64,000 bases of DNA from Naegleria gruberi (taxonomy: Eukaryota): the NCBI GenBank assembly GCA_000004985.1, contig GG738872.1. One strand, written 5' to 3'. Made by a program: the position numbers and the translations under genes. Positions 1-9,799 of the stretch are shown here, in pieces (the first letter of the stretch is position 1; each line of letters starts with the position of its first letter). The notes under the pieces are model-generated. The model worked only from the letters and a program-made list of their open reading frames with translations, searched no databases and was not told the DNA's origin.

Positions 1-1942
1 TCTCTAATGTATACCAAGTATTCAATCAAGGTGTTTTCATCACCTCTATTGAAAATTTCGTTACAAATCATTGAAATTTGACTTGGTCTAGATTGTCTTG
101 GAGCAATAGTGGTCGATCTCATTACTACCATTCTACGTCCTTCACTATTCAAAGAAGATTGAGGTAAAAGAGGAGAAGTTGTGGCTGGTCTTTGAGGAGT
201 TTGAGTGGTTGGAGAAAGTGCCAAATCAGAGAAGTTTTCACTCAAGCTACGTTTGTGAATATTGGCATTTTGAAGTTGGAGAACTTTTTGTGGTTGAGGA
301 GTCATCAAAGTAGGAGGCTTGGCTTGTGGTACAGGTGAGCTGGCTTCTTGCCAATCAAGTTGAGAGAATAAATCTCCACCTCCAGAAGGTTGTGGTGGTT
401 TTTGAGAAACTGGTTGAGTTTGAATTGGTGTTAATAACTTTTGGACTTTTTGTGGTTGAACCTTTGGGGTAGATGGTTGTTGGACAGGCGGAGTGCTCGA
501 TGGAGCCTCAAAATCAGAGAAATCAGCATCCCAATTGTCATCTCCAAATGAATTTTGGAAACTTTCAGGTTGTTGGAAAACTGGTTTCTTGACAACAGCA
601 GGTGATTGTGGAGTAGTGGTCTTTCTTGCAATGAATTGAGATTTTGGTTGTTGTTGAATTTGTTGAGTAACAACAGGTTGAGTTGGTTGTTGGGAAGGAG
701 CATGTCCATCATTACTGAACCAGTCGAGTTGGGAGAACAAATCACCACCACCAGCACCTCCAGATTGAGGTTTTGGAGTGGTTGGCTTTGTCAAAACTGG
801 TGAGCTCTTTGATTGAGTGTTTTGAGTCAAAATTGGTCTTTGTGTTGGTCTTGGCATTGAAATTTCTTTTCCGAGCAATTTACCAACTTTTTCAGTGATA
901 TCAAAAACAGATGGTCTATCCTTAACAGCTGGAACAAGCATACTCTTAATTAAATCAATAATTGGTTGTGAGTAAACAGGAGATGGTGGAATTTTGTACT
1001 TGGCATTAATGACAGAAATTGAACTTTCGGCATCTTCGAAAGGTCCCTTGAAGAAACACAACTTGAACAAGACACAACCCAAGGCCCAGACGTCAGCCTT
1101 TTCAGTGATTGGATCACCACTATAAAGATCAGCCATTTCTGGAGCTCTGTAGGCCAAAGTTGTATTCTTTTGAATGTCCTCTTCAGCTTCTTGTTTTTCA
1201 GCTCTTGATGAGAGTGTATAAATTCTTGTGGTTGTTGATCCAAAGTCGCAAATCTTGTAGGTTCCGTTTGTACACAAAATATTTTCAACTTTCTAACAAT
1301 TACTATTAGAAATTGCAACAGTAAAATATAATTACTTACCAAGTCTCTGTGAATCATTGGTGGATTTTGGGAGTGCATGTGAGCAACACCTTTACAAACA
1401 TCAAAGAAGATGTTCAAAATTTCTTGTTCCGAGAATTTGGATCTTTGGTTAAGTCTTTCTTCCATCATACCGACAACTTCGGAATCAGCAAGTTCCATAA
1501 GAATATAAATTTCGTTAGTTCTATTGTTTTGAATTTCCTTGACGCCAATGAGTTTGACAACATTTTCGTGATTGTTCAATTTCTTCATTACGTCAATTTC
1601 CTTCTTTGCTTGTACACTTTGTGAAGAATCTTGGATTAATAAACGCTTGAGAGCATAGTCAACTCCGGTTTGAATATTCTTCACTATAAAAACAAAGGAA
1701 AAACCACCTTCTCCCAATAATTTGGTAATTTTATAGGTTTCTCCGTTAATTTCAATTGTCTTTGGAACATCAACAGGCAAATTAGAAAAAACTCCACTAT
1801 CTTCAACTAAATCCTCTCCAAAATTTAATGCTGATGTTGGTAAATTGGAAACAGCGTGATGACGAACTTTTTCTACAGCATCTTCCATTCTATTCAGACC
1901 AGCATTAGCAAGCTGCTTGGTCTTGTTCAAAAATCCTTGCAT
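1..1942 (-). CDS. Ser/Thr protein kinase of the NAK (Ark1/Prk1/AAK1-like) family. 5' complete, with ATG at 1942..1940. 3' end runs off the window. Two exons, about 1340..1942 and 1..1292, with intron about 1293..1339.
   Basis: ORF 950..1942 carries the Gly-loop GEGGFSFV, VAIK-like ALKRL and HRDL. The motif HRDL|KVENIL is split by a 47-nt GTAAGT...TTAG intron. Downstream in the new frame are DFGS, APE and DVWALGC. A long Q/P/T-rich tail follows, containing the GGDLFSQLDW motif twice. There is no stop before position 1. Confidence 0.8.
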
Positions 1943-2276
1943 GGTGTGATGATGAAGGTTTAGATGTATTTTTTTAAAAATAAAATTGTTGGGTGATTTT
2001 TAAATGATCCACGTAACGTTTTTGTTCTCTTGCTCCGTATTTGTTTCACTCTCATCAAAAAGCTGTCCGTACAGGAAATTCGACAACGGCTAATTGAGAG
2101 ATTGAACAATAAGGGTTTTTGAGACCTTTGAGGAATGGGTAATAGTCTAGAGTAAGGAAAACTTTCAATTTTTTCTTAAGTTTAATCGAAAAAAATCATC
2201 TAAGAAGGGTGTTGAATAACATCATCACAACTAGTTAAAAATCAAATTGTATATTATTTAAAGAGAGGAATCGGAA

Positions 2277-3245
2277 ATGGGAAATCATGTTTCAATAGAT
2301 GAGAAACCACAAACAATAGAGGACTTGTTTAAGGACTATCCCTACAGGGAACAAAACTTCTTCTCTTCTAATATCAAAATTTGGAAGTTTGAGGAATCAT
2401 CATCTGATCAGTGTGTTGTGAGTCCTCTCAATTTTACTATGGAATTTTCATCTTTCAATCCTCATCATTGCTATGTTGTTTTACATACATTTAATAAGGG
2501 TGAAGAATTTCAGAATCAGGATAATCAAAGAAAGGCCATCAAATTAACAAGTCATTCACTTCTTCAGTTAGCAGCATCCACAGTTAATTTGACTCTCCCT
2601 GGATTGGAAAATAGGTTTTGTGTGAATGATTTGCAGAATTTCTTCTTTTCGAAATGTTCTAATATTGGATTTAGAGAAAAACTTACACTTCTTGGGGAGA
2701 GCTTGAACGGATTTTCATATTGTGTCTATGTGTGGCATGGTAAGAATGCTTCAACCTTCCTTCAATCTTCATCGACCACAGCAGGATTGGACCTGGATAG
2801 AAAGCTCTTACTCAATGAAAAGGTTGTGAGAAGGGCATTCAGTTGTGGAGAGCCGTCATCCATTTGTAATTACTATCACAATGATATACCTTCCTTTACT
2901 TCTGAGAGCATTCTAGAAATCAAGAAAACAAGCTCAAGCTCGTTAGCCATTTGTATGACACTGTTTCAGTATTGCCATTTATTTAGACAGTTGATTCATA
3001 ATCCAGAGACTATTTCACAATTGCCAGATAATGTTGGAAGTAAGGATGTTGCATTCAGAGCTCTTCTCCAACTTCCACCAACTGTAGAAATCACTTCTAG
3101 TTTTCAACCAGCTGAGCAAGAGAACCAGATTCACGATAATGACATTCCAGAATATATGGCATCTCCAGCAGCTTCTCCTATTGGTTCAGAGGAGAGTGAT
3201 TCCTACCATACATCGGATGAAAGTACAGAATATTTTGATGAATAA
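2277..3245 (+). CDS. hypothetical protein (322 aa) with an N-terminal MGNHVS N-myristoylation consensus and an acidic S/E-rich C-terminus
   Basis: Uninterrupted ORF ending in TAA. No recognisable catalytic motif. MGxxxS at the N-terminus. Confidence 0.5.
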   Translation: MGNHVSIDEKPQTIEDLFKDYPYREQNFFSSNIKIWKFEESSSDQCVVSPLNFTMEFSSFNPHHCYVVLHTFNKGEEFQNQDNQRKAIKLTSHSLLQLAASTVNLTLPGLENRFCVNDLQNFFFSKCSNIGFREKLTLLGESLNGFSYCVYVWHGKNASTFLQSSSTTAGLDLDRKLLLNEKVVRRAFSCGEPSSICNYYHNDIPSFTSESILEIKKTSSSSLAICMTLFQYCHLFRQLIHNPETISQLPDNVGSKDVAFRALLQLPPTVEITSSFQPAEQENQIHDNDIPEYMASPAASPIGSEESDSYHTSDESTEYFDE

Positions 3246-3531
3246 ACAATGAAATTCGTTACCCAAACTCCAAATAATGAAAAAAGTTTGTGAGGGACTC
3301 GTTCAGGTAGTAGTATCGTCAACTTTGATACCCTACCGCTTAAATCCTTCAAATGATTAAGAAGATTTCTAAAGGCTACATAGACAGGTTATCAGAGTAC
3401 ACTTACTTCTACGTGCTCTCTGATTTAAGCAAGCTGTCCAGCCATTTACCATATAACTGTGCCTATAGTTTAAGCAAAAAATCATATTATCTAAACAAAA
3501 AATCTTTTTGAATTTATGGTTTGAAATTTAT

Positions 3532-4776
3532 TTACACAGACAACTTGATGAGTTTACCAGATGTTTTGAAACGAAGTTTCAAAAGACGAGAGTAAGAATT
3601 AGATTCATCACCAATGTAACCAGCATAGGTTGGTGTAAATATTTCAGCAGCATCTCCACCAAATGAGGTTGGATAATTCTTTCTAGAAGTGAGTGAAGAA
3701 TATTGGGTAACAGTGTGATATGTTTGACTGATGGCACTGGTATCCAAGTTTGGTGATTGAATTTGAAGTTCTCCTACAAAATCATCCTTTCCTAATGTAA
3801 CATCAATATCTGATTCCACAGTACCAACTTCAAGAACCTTAGCACCCTTGATACCATTGTGAACTTGCTTCTTCTTGTTAGCAATAAGTGTGACATTTCC
3901 TGAAGAGCCCAACATTTGAATATTTGAACCTTCCAAAGCTCCCTTAGAAGTATATAATTTCAAAGAAACAGCAGAGCTCAAATCCTTGTAATAAATATCA
4001 CCTGTTGTTGAAGTGACAAAGATAGCAGCAAAGATATTTGATAAGTAAATTTGACCTTTTCTTCCACTGACAACAAATTGACCTGCTTGGATTTGTGTCA
4101 TATTCAAGAGATTAGTTCCTCCCATAATAGTCAATGCCTTAATTGATAACATTGTAGAATTTGTTAAGCTTGGATCTGGACCGATATAAAAATTGTTGGC
4201 ATAAACGCTAGCTTGCATACTAATTGTTGTCAAAGTAGCTGGAATTCTAATAATTCTCGAAACAAAGTAACAATTTGTAAAATCAGTAGATGGAATCTTT
4301 GATGAGATTGTAATATAATCGGAACCATTTGTTGTAAGATACACTGAATTATTAATATTAGTATAGGTCTTATCTAAAAGTGAGGTTCTTTCAAAGGTGA
4401 CTTCAATTTTGTTCTTTAAAGATGGATCAAAGTAGATTGATGTCTTGGTGTCACCAGTTATATAAATTGTACTCAGTGTACTAGTATTGTATTGGAGAGT
4501 AAAACTCTGAGTGTCTCCGTATGGAAGAGTTTTCGAGCAAGAGTCATTATTCTTTGCTGAGAATGAACCAACAATGATACCTGCTACAGTAAATAGGAAA
4601 AGAATGCTCAATATGCAAATAACTGCAAGAACATCCGAAAAGGAACAATCAATTGTTTTTGTGGGTATAAAAGCTTGTGTTTCTTCCTTAGCCATTCTTG
4701 TTATTCTTGTTGTATATACAATTTTAGTTATTGATGAAGATGAATTTAAAAGCAATAAAAATAGGAGATGAAACAA
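3532..4776 (-). CDS. hypothetical single-pass (type II-like) membrane protein, S/T/N-rich, probably a glycosylated beta-rich ectodomain. Start likely the internal Met at about 4695 (MAKEETQ).
   Basis: ORF of 414 aa. Hydrophobic segment VLAVICILSILFLFTVAGIIVGSF near the N-terminus. Many NxS/T sites. Confidence 0.5.
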   Translation of the reverse strand: MFHLLFLLLLNSSSSITKIVYTTRITRMAKEETQAFIPTKTIDCSFSDVLAVICILSILFLFTVAGIIVGSFSAKNNDSCSKTLPYGDTQSFTLQYNTSTLSTIYITGDTKTSIYFDPSLKNKIEVTFERTSLLDKTYTNINNSVYLTTNGSDYITISSKIPSTDFTNCYFVSRIIRIPATLTTISMQASVYANNFYIGPDPSLTNSTMLSIKALTIMGGTNLLNMTQIQAGQFVVSGRKGQIYLSNIFAAIFVTSTTGDIYYKDLSSAVSLKLYTSKGALEGSNIQMLGSSGNVTLIANKKKQVHNGIKGAKVLEVGTVESDIDVTLGKDDFVGELQIQSPNLDTSAISQTYHTVTQYSSLTSRKNYPTSFGGDAAEIFTPTYAGYIGDESNSYSRLLKLRFKTSGKLIKLSV

Positions 4777-5223
4777 TGTGTATTGATGGTAGTGTCTCTA
4801 TGCAAAATACCAAGTGTATTGTTTCCGATTGAATTGATGTTGTTATTCTTTTTTTAAAGAAGTTGTTGGAGTTTTATGATTTAATTGTCCACCTTTTTCA
4901 AGGCTCATCAAATGAGCGCCAAGAGATTGAAGCATTAATTGTAGCGTCCTTTTAACGCACATTTCAACAACTATATTTAAGCGCTTGGGCCAAGTTGAAC
5001 AAATCTCAACTGTGACTGCCACAAGCGGAGAGTGGTGTTTTTAATATTCTGATTAACTGCGTCTGGAATTGATTATCGAGTAAGGAATATTTTATGAGCT
5101 TCCAATAAGTCTTATGAAAATTCTTTCCAACTTGTAAAAATCAAGGAATAAAATATCATTGAAACAATCTTTCTTCAAATTAGCTAATAATGTTACGTAT
5201 TCCAAAGAAAACAACAAAACAAT

Positions 5224-5297
5224 TACCGACAATGGGGCTCGAACCCACGACCCCAGGATTAGAAGTCCTGTGCTCTATCCAACTGAGCTATGACGGC
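5224..5297 (-). tRNA. tRNA-Arg (anticodon TCT)
   Basis: Cloverleaf read by hand on the minus strand: GCCGTCA / TA / GCTC-AGTTGGATA-GAGC / CAGGA-CTTCTAA-TCCTG / GGGTC / GTGGG-TTCGAGC-CCCAT / TGTCGGT+A. There is one T.T mispair in the acceptor stem. A T-run follows downstream in the transcribed direction. Confidence 0.8.
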
Positions 5298-5411
5298 TTA
5301 CATTCACTTTGAAATTCTTCTTAATATCCATTTCCAACAATCACTGGCTTTAATTAAAATACTGTTTCAATGTTGTCGAAATGAAATAATCGCTTACGTA
5401 CAAAAATTCTT

Positions 5412-7730
5412 CTATTTATTTGTTGACTGTGGTCTAGAAGAAGATGATGTTTGTGGTCTAACTGGAGCTGATGCCTGCCTTGGTCTTGTTGAGGTTGTTG
5501 AATTTACGCTAGGCCTTCTTGTGGTTCTTGTTGAGGATGGTGCTCCTGTTGACGTTGAATTACTTCTTGCAGTGCTTGGTTCAGGATTCAATTCTTCAGT
5601 TAATCGTTGGATTCTTCTTACTAGAGAGTATAACTCCTTTTCTGAGGAAGCACTTTTTTGTTTTTCCTTATTATAGTTATTCTCCTCTTGTTGTAATTGT
5701 TCTAAAAGTGGTGCGGTTTCGTTAGACAATAATTTCAATTGATCGGTCACTTCCTTATCAAGAGCAATTTTTGTTCTTCTCAAATCTTCCACCTTTCTTC
5801 TTTCTGATTCTGTTTTCTCGTCCATTTCTCTAAGTTGTTCGACAAACAAGTCTTCTTCGTCTCCAAATCGTTCAACTAGGAAACGGTACTTTTTTTCTGT
5901 TTCAAAGGTTTCTGCTTTTTTGGATTCTAGCTCATCTTGCAAGCTTTCTAAATGTGCTTGACTGTTATGTCTTACCCTGGAAAGAGACGTCTCAGACTCT
6001 TCCAATTCTTTGTACAATACAACTTCCTCCTCTTTTTCTTGAGTGAGGCTGTCATTTACCTCGATTAATCTTTGTTCTGTATCTTGAAGCTCCTCAATCT
6101 TTTTCTTTAGTCTGTCAACCTCAGATGATTTTAGGAGCTTGTCATTTCTCTTTAGTGCCTCTGAAATGAAACTAAAGCTCTTGTAACTAAAGTCATTGAA
6201 AGAAAAGTCCATTGAGGTCAAACTAAAATTCTTTCTCATTGCTTCTGCAATTTGCTCTCCAGATTCCTTCAACTCATTTTGTTTCAAATTCAAGGTTTTT
6301 AGTGATCGGTTTGTTGCCAACACTCTTGCAATTTCTACTCCTGCCCTATCTCCAATACGATTGAATGACAAATCCAAGTGTTTCAGTTTTGTTCCATCAG
6401 TGAGACCTATCATAATTCTCTTTGTACCAGAGTCTTTGATAAGGTTATTGTTCAGGAAAAGAGTTTTAAGAGTTTTGTTTAAAGCCATAACCTTTCCGAT
6501 TTCTTTTGCTCCTTCATCTCCAATAGCATTCTCTCCTAGGAAGAGCTTCTTCAAAGTTTTGTTAATTTCCAATAATTGTGCAAACTCTTCGGCTCCCTTA
6601 TCACCAAACTCATTGCACTCAATTTTTAAAGTTTTCAAGCATTTGTCAATTTTTAACATTTCACATATCGAAAGAACACCTTCATGAGAAATCTTATTTT
6701 CTGTCAAATCCCAATAGGTAAGCGTGGGGGTTAACATGTTTTTCATCTTATCACACATTATGGAAACACCCTTGTCACCAATTTGATTCCTCTCCATAAT
6801 CAACTTTTGCAGGTTGGTGCTATCAAGAACTTTTGCCAAAAATTCACAACCAGCACTTCCAATATTGTTGGAGGAGATATCTAATTCAGTTAAAGAAAAA
6901 TTATCCACTAATCCTCTACAAAGAATTCTTATACCATCGCTTCCCATACCATTACTTGCCAAATTAAGTTGGCACAATGTTTGATTTTGTTGAAGTAACT
7001 CGCTTAAGTGCTTAGCACCTTTGGTGCTGATGTGATTTCTGTTGATACCACTCAAGCCAGATAAATCCAGACTTGTTAATGTTTGATTGAATAAAAGAGC
7101 ATTGAATAAGGCCTTTGCTCCTTTTCCTCCAACATCATTAGATCTTAAATCTAATCTAACAATGGATGTATTATTTTCCAGAAGGGGTGCAAGTTCAATA
7201 CATCCAGTATCTCTCAATCTATTACCACATAAATCCACAATTGTGTAGGTGTTGTTTTTGGACAGAATTTTTGTGAGTGATTTTGCTGCCTCGTCACCCA
7301 GTCCATGCTCCTTCAAGGAGAATAGTAATCCACTACAATTCTTTTGAATCAAATCAACAAATCTATCCTCTCTTTCTTGAATATACTGTAAATTTTGGTC
7401 TGCACACTTTGCTCTAAACAGATCCTTAATATCCTCATATGTCAAGGATATTTTCTGTTCTTCATCCACCTCAAGTAAGTTTTTTTCAATTAGCTCTTCT
7501 GCTGAAGTATAACTTGCAGCTAATATCAATCCCGAAGGAATATTTTTTTGTACCTTAATTTTTTGAACAGCTTCTTTATCTTTAGGCGTTAAGGGAGTAT
7601 TCTTTGTTTTTGTTGGTGTATGATCCGAGGAGACAAAAGTAGAAGCAACACCTCTTCTAGAAGATGGTGTGCTTGGAGATTTTGGTGAAGGAGAGTTAGG
7701 TGATACACCTCTCGAAGTACTTTGGCTCAT
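5412..7730 (-). CDS. ribonuclease-inhibitor-type leucine-rich-repeat protein with a C-terminal coiled coil (LRRC45-like architecture)
   Basis: 772-aa ORF. N-terminal S/T/P-rich region. About 12 LRRs of the LxxLxLxxNxIGDxGa type. A long heptad-rich, E/K/L-rich segment follows. The C-terminus is S/T/R-rich. Confidence 0.7.
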   Translation of the reverse strand: MSQSTSRGVSPNSPSPKSPSTPSSRRGVASTFVSSDHTPTKTKNTPLTPKDKEAVQKIKVQKNIPSGLILAASYTSAEELIEKNLLEVDEEQKISLTYEDIKDLFRAKCADQNLQYIQEREDRFVDLIQKNCSGLLFSLKEHGLGDEAAKSLTKILSKNNTYTIVDLCGNRLRDTGCIELAPLLENNTSIVRLDLRSNDVGGKGAKALFNALLFNQTLTSLDLSGLSGINRNHISTKGAKHLSELLQQNQTLCQLNLASNGMGSDGIRILCRGLVDNFSLTELDISSNNIGSAGCEFLAKVLDSTNLQKLIMERNQIGDKGVSIMCDKMKNMLTPTLTYWDLTENKISHEGVLSICEMLKIDKCLKTLKIECNEFGDKGAEEFAQLLEINKTLKKLFLGENAIGDEGAKEIGKVMALNKTLKTLFLNNNLIKDSGTKRIMIGLTDGTKLKHLDLSFNRIGDRAGVEIARVLATNRSLKTLNLKQNELKESGEQIAEAMRKNFSLTSMDFSFNDFSYKSFSFISEALKRNDKLLKSSEVDRLKKKIEELQDTEQRLIEVNDSLTQEKEEEVVLYKELEESETSLSRVRHNSQAHLESLQDELESKKAETFETEKKYRFLVERFGDEEDLFVEQLREMDEKTESERRKVEDLRRTKIALDKEVTDQLKLLSNETAPLLEQLQQEENNYNKEKQKSASSEKELYSLVRRIQRLTEELNPEPSTARSNSTSTGAPSSTRTTRRPSVNSTTSTRPRQASAPVRPQTSSSSRPQSTNK

Positions 7731-7797
7731 TTTTTTTGTTATTGGCCGAACTGTAAATTATTATGCGGGAATGTTGGTGTTGAAAGAAGAATAAAAA

Positions 7798-9628
7798 ATG
7801 TCTGATGAAGAGGTGGAGATACAAGTTGTTGACTACGACGAAACCCTGAAGGAAAAAATTGCGGAAGAACAATTGATCAATGAAAGATTAAAGGAAGCTT
7901 CAACAAAATTAGAAGTTGTGAAGAAAGTTTGGGGCACTTGTAAGTTGTTTACTTGATTATCTTGTTCCGATGGTAATAATGATGATAGTCAACACTGATC
8001 AAATGATTTTATTTTCTAATTTTCTAAATTCAAAATTAATTTACAAGGAGGCTAATTATGTTCGTAAGAGGATTGTCATTGGAAATACATCTCAATTTAT
8101 TCCACAAAAATTTAGAGGTGATGATTATACACACAAATGGACAGTTTATGTGAGAGGTTCGAAAGAAGAACCAGATATTAGTAGTTTCGTAAAAAAGGCT
8201 AGAATAACTATTGACCCTTCATTTGCTCCAAATGATGTAATTGATGTACATCATCCTCCTTTTCACTTGTCAAGAAGAGGTTATGGAGAGTTTCAAGTTA
8301 TTATTCAACTTCATTTTAAAGGAAATACTGATATTAACAAACCTTTGGAAATTGTACATAACTTACGTTTAGATAAAGCCAAGACTGGTAAAATTGTGAA
8401 TGCTACTGAAACTATTGCTGATATTGAATTGGATAAACAAGCTTTAGCCGAAACAGACACTTTCACTGAGGCTCAAGAAAAAAAAGTTAAACAAAGGCTT
8501 ACTATCAACTCTGATGATGAATTTGCTGATGATGAAGTTGTTCATGTCAAAGCCAAAACAAAACCACCTTCAAAAAAGAAGAAACGATCAACTGGAGCAG
8601 AGGCAGTTGATGAAAATTCTGTAAGTAGTAATTCAAGGTTTATTTGATATATTTGTGTAGAACTAGATCAATAATGAAATATTATCATCTTATAATTTCT
8701 TTATACCAGATACACCCTTTCCTCCAATTAGTTCTGATCCTGATGTACTCAGTAAGTTTTCGCCATCATCAATAGTAATATTTATAAATGTTAAGCCTAT
8801 CCAACGACATTGTTTAAGAGTTTGACAATAGAGGAAATTCAAGTCAGAGAGACCTGCCAAATGTTTCCGATCATCAAAGAGTCGAATATGGAACTTCCTT
8901 ATTTATCAGCAACCGAATCAACATTTACCAAATGGACCTTAGGGAAAAGGTTAGCAGCTGAAAAATTACGAGCTCTACATGTTAAACGATACCTTTTGGA
9001 AAAAGATTCGAATTTCTCCTTGACAACCTCCAATATTTTTAAATTATGTAGATGTACTGGTCTATCACCAATTGTAAATAATCAAACCGAAATAGATTTA
9101 AATGAAAAGGATCAAGTGATTGAGAGCCCTAGGTTTTGTAAATATTGTGGCTCTCATCATCAACAAAATGATTTCGATCATCTTCAAGACAGATGTAGAA
9201 AGAGAATGAAAATACCTTCATCTACAAACCATTTAGCCAACTCGTGTACTCACTCGCTAGAGGAAATCCTAAGTAGAGAAGATTCTCATACACCATGTAA
9301 TATTTGCTTATCCTCACAAAGTGGTCAACAAGTGGATTTTAGCGAAGATATTGGAATAACTTCAATTTTAGATGAATGTGGATTTAAACTTCAGGATAAG
9401 GATTGTGAAAATCTATTTAATGGATTGTTTAAAAAGTTTGCTTCCAACCTACTTTCTCACTCCGTCTCAATTTATAAGGAACAATCAACACATGAAACAT
9501 TTAAAGAAAAGGAGGGCAAAGTTCTAGTTCCCTATCATATCTATCAAGCTATCATTGATTGTGACCAGTTTGATTTTCTAAGAAATAACCTTAAAACTGA
9601 TCAGAACAATAAAAGAAAGAGGCCATAA
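7798..9628 (+). CDS. YEATS-domain protein (Yaf9/GAS41/AF9 family) with a long Cys-containing C-terminal extension. Proposed exons 7798..7939, 7989..8620, 8667..8751 and 8796..9628. The first intron is uncertain.
   Basis: YEATS core: IVIGNTSQF...THKWTVYVRGSKEEPDISSFVKKARITIDPSF...HHPPFHLSRRGYGEFQVIIQLHFK. Three in-phase GTAAGT donors at 7940, 8621 and 8752 have matching AG acceptors. These join ORF 7970..8647 to ORF 8810..9628, which itself lacks an ATG start. An alternative is two separate genes. A further alternative for the first intron is a GTTTGG donor at about 7925 with an acceptor at about 8045. Confidence 0.5.
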
Positions 9629-9799
9629 GGTCTGTTATATGGATAACAAGTGTTTTGATGTTGTATTTTTAGAATTTCTGTATTCAATTGACTAAAATGA
9701 TTGTCAGCAAAGCTGTATGTCACAATCCAGTGAATTGGTGCTGTGAGGATTGTTGTACAATTATACGGTAAGATAATAGCGCCACACAATCCAAAAAAA

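Noticed and set aside
5290-6687. Plus-strand ORFs 5290..5676, 5519..5725 and 6196..6687
   Set aside because: They lie entirely antisense within the LRR/coiled-coil gene (5412..7730) and have low-complexity translations. They are shadow ORFs.
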